Program-made: the position numbers and the translations under genes | IMG/VR virus record: IMGVR_UViG_3300049846_002551 | Location: 1-64,000 of that record | Reading direction: 5' to 3' (one strand) | Origin: a virus | Length of the DNA stretch: 64,000 nucleotides | Notes under the pieces: generated by a model | The model's database searches: none | What the model was told of the DNA's origin: nothing | Seen by the model: only the letters and a program-made list of their open reading frames with translations | Part shown: positions 59,279 through 64,000 of the stretch, piece by piece | How positions within the stretch are numbered: the first letter of the stretch is position 1 | How the letters are laid out: each line of letters opens with the position of its first letter

Positions 59279-59751
59279 TGTTTGATAAACGCGATATTGT
59301 AGAAGTGGCAGAGGAACTTGGAATCGAGTTGACTTATCACGAACACACGGACAGACCTTACTATATGGGTTTCTGTCCGTTGCATGATAATGTTAAAACT
59401 CCTGCCTTTGTAATATTTCCACGCATACAACGTTTTTATTGCTACGGTTGTACACCTGAAGGTGGAGATGTTATAGATTTAATTCGAAAAAAAGAAGGGT
59501 TGAGTTTTAAACAAGCAGTACAACGAGTTACGATTGCACTTACAGCCGAAGATTCGTTTTTAAAGAGGTTGAAGCAGAACACTAATACTGTGGATTTAAA
59601 CTATTTGCAGATTCGTGCTATGAAATTGAATGACGAGCCGCGCCGTTTAAACTTCAATACGGTTCAGCGTCTATATCAACAGTTTGATTTTTTAATCTCG
59701 GAAAACAGGTGGTTGGAAGCAGATCATCTTCTTAGGAAAGTTGGCGCATGA
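59278..59751 (+). CDS. CHC2 zinc-finger protein (primase Zn-binding domain only)
   Basis: CPLHD..TPAF...FYCYGC..GGDVID; no TOPRIM domain in 157 aa. Confidence 0.88.
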   Translation: MFDKRDIVEVAEELGIELTYHEHTDRPYYMGFCPLHDNVKTPAFVIFPRIQRFYCYGCTPEGGDVIDLIRKKEGLSFKQAVQRVTIALTAEDSFLKRLKQNTNTVDLNYLQIRAMKLNDEPRRLNFNTVQRLYQQFDFLISENRWLEADHLLRKVGA

Positions 59752-61787
59752 TTCTAGAAAAAGAGTTAACAGGATTACCAGACGGGTGTCATTTAAACCC
59801 AATGCAGGAACTATTAGTTCCGCATATTAATGAGCATTACAATATTGTTGTTGCGGCTCCTACTGCTTCGGGGAAAAGCCAAGCGATTACTATGTTTGGT
59901 TATAAGCACTTACGCAATAAGAAAAGGGTTTTGTATATTGGTATCATGAGAGCTTTAGCACAAGAGAAGTTTGACGATTGGCAATTACCAACTCACCCTT
60001 GGAGTAAGTATGCTAAGACTGTAATCAGCGGTGACTACCGCATGGACACGGATAAACAAAAAGAAATTGATGCGGCTGAGATTATTTGTATTACCCCGGA
60101 ATCTTTGGCGTCGCGTTTAAGGCATCCTCATTCACCACGGAATCAATGGTTACATGAAGTCGGTATTTTGATTGTCGATGAATGCCATTTGCTTTCTGCG
60201 GATGATCGTGGAACCAACATGGAAGCCGCATTGATTGAGTTCACATATGAATTTCCGGACGTACAATTAATCGGGTTGTCTGCGACTCTTCCTAACGTTG
60301 ATGAAATTGGTCACTGGTTTACAATTCTTAATAACAAGGAAACCTATGTTATTGAGAGCGAATATCGTCCTGTTGTTTTGGAGAAGCATTTTATGTCTTT
60401 CTCGAACACGGTTCGTGAAGCGATGGAAGAAGAGAAATTAGCTATGATTGATCAGTTAGTTTGCGACGAGAAACCTGATCAGCAGTTTTTGATTTGTGTA
60501 TGGCAGAAAACATGGGGAAAGAAGATTGAAGAGTATCTTTCGAACAAAAAAGTGCCTGTAGCATTTCACAATGCGAATTACGATAAAGGTACGCGCAAAA
60601 ACATTGAGCAATCTTTTAAAGACGGTAGAATTCGAGTACTGATTAGTACGTCTACTTTGTTTACAGGGGTTAATCTTCCTGCCAGGAACGTAATTATTAC
60701 CGCAGTTGATATTGCACGAATGGATATTCCAGTTTACGAGTTGCAACAGGCGATGGGAAGAGCAGGTCGCCCAAAATACGATACTGAAGGCGACGTTTAC
60801 ATTATGGTTCCTAGTCAACGCTTTAGCTATCATCAGCGGCGTATTTTGACAGGAGAACCTGTGCGTTCTGTATTGCACAAAGAAGAATGGTTGGCGATGC
60901 ATTTTTTAGGTGCTCAATATCTTGGACGCATTGATAATTTTGAAGGGTTTAATTTATGGTTTAACCGCACGTTAACACAATATCAAAACAATTTCCCGAA
61001 AGAAGTGAAAGAAAGCATGCTTTCCAATATTTTGGATGATATGCGTATGCGTCGTATGATTATGTATGACGATTACACGAAGCATTTTCGTTTGGCACAT
61101 AGAGGAAAAATTGCGGCGCAGATGTATATGGACCCCTATCACTTTAGTGATGCGCTGATCAATCTTTCGAAGTATTTTTCGCTTGTGAACCCGAACGATA
61201 TGGATTTAGCTGTAGCGTTGGGTTCATGTCGAAAGTTTTCTGAGAACTCTATTTCGAATCGAGAAAAGTTGGCGATTCCAGATGAGGTTTTATTGCGGCA
61301 GGATGTTCTGAAAGCGTATATTAAGTCGATCAGCGTTATTTGGTATAGAATTAACGGAAAGCCTGTTCCGGAGCTTTTGTCAAATGTTAATTTTAAAATT
61401 TTTGATGATTTTCCGCGCTTGCATGCGGCAGTGGCAAGAGCAAATAACGAAGTTGAGCGTTGGAAGAGTATTACTCCGGAGAAACTTGATATTCTTTTTA
61501 TGCGAGTTATTTTGAAATGTTCGGAAGAGCAAGCGGAGTTAGGGCTTAAAAAATTTACGAGCAACGAGCGCAAAAAGCTGTTAGCAGTTGGAATTTACTC
61601 GGTACGTGATGCAATGAATAATTTGGGTATGGTTCTAAAAGTTATTCCGCATATTCGATGTATAGAATTAGGGTTGATTAAAGCTGGAGCTAAACCGCCA
61701 ACCGTGAATTCGGATGGTGTTGTAGAATACGCGGAAGTTTCCTCTAATCGTGGATTTGTTGGAAAGCGGGGTTTTGGAAAGCGATGA
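59748..61787 (+). CDS. Ski2/Hel308-like SF2 helicase
   Basis: APTASGKS, RALAQEK, TPE, DECH...RG..ME, GLSATLPN, RPV.L, TSTL..GVNLPA, Q..GRAGRP.YD..G. Confidence 0.92.
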   Translation: MILEKELTGLPDGCHLNPMQELLVPHINEHYNIVVAAPTASGKSQAITMFGYKHLRNKKRVLYIGIMRALAQEKFDDWQLPTHPWSKYAKTVISGDYRMDTDKQKEIDAAEIICITPESLASRLRHPHSPRNQWLHEVGILIVDECHLLSADDRGTNMEAALIEFTYEFPDVQLIGLSATLPNVDEIGHWFTILNNKETYVIESEYRPVVLEKHFMSFSNTVREAMEEEKLAMIDQLVCDEKPDQQFLICVWQKTWGKKIEEYLSNKKVPVAFHNANYDKGTRKNIEQSFKDGRIRVLISTSTLFTGVNLPARNVIITAVDIARMDIPVYELQQAMGRAGRPKYDTEGDVYIMVPSQRFSYHQRRILTGEPVRSVLHKEEWLAMHFLGAQYLGRIDNFEGFNLWFNRTLTQYQNNFPKEVKESMLSNILDDMRMRRMIMYDDYTKHFRLAHRGKIAAQMYMDPYHFSDALINLSKYFSLVNPNDMDLAVALGSCRKFSENSISNREKLAIPDEVLLRQDVLKAYIKSISVIWYRINGKPVPELLSNVNFKIFDDFPRLHAAVARANNEVERWKSITPEKLDILFMRVILKCSEEQAELGLKKFTSNERKKLLAVGIYSVRDAMNNLGMVLKVIPHIRCIELGLIKAGAKPPTVNSDGVVEYAEVSSNRGFVGKRGFGKR

Positions 61788-62488
61788 GTCGTAAAAAGAA
61801 TATGGACACCACAGAGACAGGTGGACTGCGAAGTAAGCGAACGACTGAAAGCTGGAGCGACATTTCTAATGCGCCATTACAGGCGGGAGATTTACTGAAA
61901 ATTTTCAATGAGGCGACTGAAGTTAAGCGCACGTTTCAGATTCATTCAGTTGTGTCGAATGAAGATGGTACTTCTCGTCGCATTAATGCAACGGTAATTG
62001 ACACTACGGATCATAACGAGCAGATTGGTTCTGTGGTGGATTTTGATTTGCCAAGAGCGCAACCTATTCTTGGAAGTCTGATTAAGACGGACGAGAAATT
62101 TGAACGTCTGGATATTGTTCAGGTTAATGACCTTATGGCTGTTGAACTTTATAAATGGCTTATGTCGCGTAGTACTTCGAATTTTGGTGCTCCTTTCAAA
62201 GCTTGTGTCCAGTTTTTGGTTACTGGTGGATTTCTTTCGGCAGATATCGATTACAAAGTAGCCCAAAATCGATTAAGAGCGATGATTAAACAACGTGGGG
62301 AATTGTTCCATTCTGGTGGAGGTCGAATTTTCGGAACAGGAATTGATTTGCAGTCAAGCACTAAGCAGGGTATGAAGTTGGGGCAAGGGATTGTTATGGT
62401 AAAACGAGTCAAGTTGTCCAAATTATTTATGGGATTTCGTTTAATGATTGAATCCGGTTTATTTGGAGATTTCATTATAGAGGAATAG
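61784..62488 (+). CDS. hypothetical protein
   Basis: 234 aa; coupled to both neighbours. Confidence 0.7.
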   Translation: MSRKKNMDTTETGGLRSKRTTESWSDISNAPLQAGDLLKIFNEATEVKRTFQIHSVVSNEDGTSRRINATVIDTTDHNEQIGSVVDFDLPRAQPILGSLIKTDEKFERLDIVQVNDLMAVELYKWLMSRSTSNFGAPFKACVQFLVTGGFLSADIDYKVAQNRLRAMIKQRGELFHSGGGRIFGTGIDLQSSTKQGMKLGQGIVMVKRVKLSKLFMGFRLMIESGLFGDFIIEE

Positions 62489-64000
62489 ATGGTAAAACCG
62501 AGAGGAAAGTTAGATGCGCCTATTGTGATTGTAGGGGATGCACCTACAGATAGGGAAATGGAAGAAGGTCTTTCGTTTTCAGGACATTCGTATGACTTAA
62601 TGTATGACTTACTAGGTCAAGCGGGGTTTGACATTGAAGATTGCGTGTTTGTGAATGCTGTCACTTTTCAAAAGTACACAAAGCGTGGTGCGCTTACTGA
62701 AAAAGAGATTCTTCCAGATGCGAAGAAGTATTTAATCCCATTTATAGCTCAGTATCCACGGAAGATGGTTATTGCGATGGGCAACAACGCTCTTTGTGCC
62801 ACAGGGGTTTCTAAAAAGCCACAAAAGGTTAATTCTTTTCGCTCAAAGGTTTCAGTATCCGAATTACTGGAGAAGCACGGCTGTACAGCGTTTATAACCG
62901 CTACATTGCATCCTTGGCTAGTGCTGAAGGAGCCGGATTTAGATAAAGATTTAGTGACCGACCTAAGCTATGCGCGGAGAATCTACTTAGGGGAGCATTC
63001 AGAACAGGTTGGGATGGAGATTCGGGATATTGATAAGCCGCAGGATGTGAAGCACTTATGGAATGCGATTAGTAAGAATTCATCGTTAGCTTACGATTTT
63101 GAAACCTCTTCATTAGATCGTGATAATGCATTAGTTGTTACGTCGTCTTTTTGTAACGGGCTTAAAAATTCAAATGGAGAATACATCGTTTGGTTCTGGG
63201 GTGGATACGATAAATTGCAACCACGTTACCCCGATACGCTTTTAAAGCAATTTGTTCGTGAATTCGATAGCCTTTTTATGGAGGCTGGAAATCTTTATGA
63301 TTTGATTGCTTGGAACATGGCATATGACGATTGGGTTGCGGAACGTTGGGTTGGGCATGAACTTCCTGGTTCACAATTCGATGGCATGATCATGAAGTGG
63401 AGTGTTGATAATCGCAGACCACATGATTTAAAATCATCTACAGCACGGTTTCTTGGTTACCCTAACTACGATAAAGCTGTCGATGAGTCTGTAAAAGCTA
63501 TTGCCGCAAGACGTAATAAAATTCTAACGTCTACTGATGATTTGTTTGTGCTGGAATATTTCGGGTACACACCGGAGAAAGCAAAAACTGGATACCGTTG
63601 GCCTAAAAAACTAGATAAAAAGCTAGCGGCATACGCAATGCAAGAGTTTGAAGAGTTGCGTTTGTACAATTGTTACGATGCCGTCTACACTTATTTGCTT
63701 TTTGAAAAATTAGGTGATCGTATTAATCGTGCGAACTTAGGGTTTTCATGCGATTTTAGGCATCGAGTTGCGCGAGAGTTCTATAGAGCAGAGCAACGTG
63801 GCATGCTTTGTGACGTAAAGTTAAATCGTGAGTTTAGCAAGACTTTAGCAGATTTGGAAAAGAAATGTAAGATTGAAATTTCGAATCAAGTTGCGAGTAT
63901 GGGTTTCGATTTACCAGATTTCAACTATCTTTCGGGGGACCAATTAGGGGAAATTTTGTATGGTAAGCCTGTGATGCTTCCTTTTATTGATAGAACACCA
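62489..64000 (+). CDS. probable family A DNA polymerase with N-terminal UDG-like domain (partial, runs off the end)
   Basis: Not in the ORF track because there is no stop. MVKPRGKLDAPIVIVGDAPT..E...G..FSG.S...TLHPW (family 4 UDG-like); then ExoI YDFET, ExoII WNMAYD, ExoIII YNCYDA, then E..GM..D. Polymerase motifs lie beyond the window. Confidence 0.85.
   Translation, partial: MVKPRGKLDAPIVIVGDAPTDREMEEGLSFSGHSYDLMYDLLGQAGFDIEDCVFVNAVTFQKYTKRGALTEKEILPDAKKYLIPFIAQYPRKMVIAMGNNALCATGVSKKPQKVNSFRSKVSVSELLEKHGCTAFITATLHPWLVLKEPDLDKDLVTDLSYARRIYLGEHSEQVGMEIRDIDKPQDVKHLWNAISKNSSLAYDFETSSLDRDNALVVTSSFCNGLKNSNGEYIVWFWGGYDKLQPRYPDTLLKQFVREFDSLFMEAGNLYDLIAWNMAYDDWVAERWVGHELPGSQFDGMIMKWSVDNRRPHDLKSSTARFLGYPNYDKAVDESVKAIAARRNKILTSTDDLFVLEYFGYTPEKAKTGYRWPKKLDKKLAAYAMQEFEELRLYNCYDAVYTYLLFEKLGDRINRANLGFSCDFRHRVAREFYRAEQRGMLCDVKLNREFSKTLADLEKKCKIEISNQVASMGFDLPDFNYLSGDQLGEILYGKPVMLPFIDRTP

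Noticed and set aside
8559-63669. Numerous short antisense or alternate-frame ORFs inside long genes
   Set aside because: Shadow ORFs with no motifs or initiation signals, overlapping well-supported genes.
1-64000. tRNA genes, inteins/introns, integrase, stop-codon recoding
   Set aside because: None recognised by eye; genes are full length under the standard code with TAA, TAG and TGA all used as stops. tRNAscan-SE and Infernal were not run.

Overview
The whole window is part of a large tailed dsDNA bacteriophage genome (about 40% GC by eye, standard genetic code). It has HK97-fold head genes and a long non-contractile tail; no sheath, terminase or endolysin is recognisable here. Layout: (1) 1-6.5 kb: small accessory genes, two sigma-70-family factors and dCMP deaminase. 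(2) 6.6-13.3 kb: a stand-alone fibre/appendage cassette with 21-aa repeat proteins and a Gly-rich protein. (3) 13.3-20 kb: nucleotide metabolism (MazG-like, dNMP kinase, ThyX), holin-like genes and several apparently degenerate enzymes. (4) 20-49 kb: portal, protease, capsid, neck, tail tube, a tail chaperone with a -1 frameshift, a 2430-aa tape measure with an SLT domain, and tail-tip proteins. (5) 49-55 kb: a glycosyltransferase/methyltransferase cluster. (6) 55-64 kb: replication genes ending in a UDG-like/exonuclease/probable PolA fusion that runs off the end. The most striking unexplained signal is a pair of small non-coding units flanking a sigma-factor gene. Each has its own -10 promoter and a hairpin of unrelated stem sequence displaying the identical 12-mer GAUUUCACCUCC, a mimic of the 16S rRNA anti-Shine-Dalgarno tail. 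Many phage genes in the window appear to be leaderless (-10 box 6-8 nt before the start codon). Together these suggest, as inference only, a phage anti-SD sRNA system that could silence SD-dependent translation while leaderless phage mRNAs escape. All protein assignments come from motif recognition by eye, not database searches.
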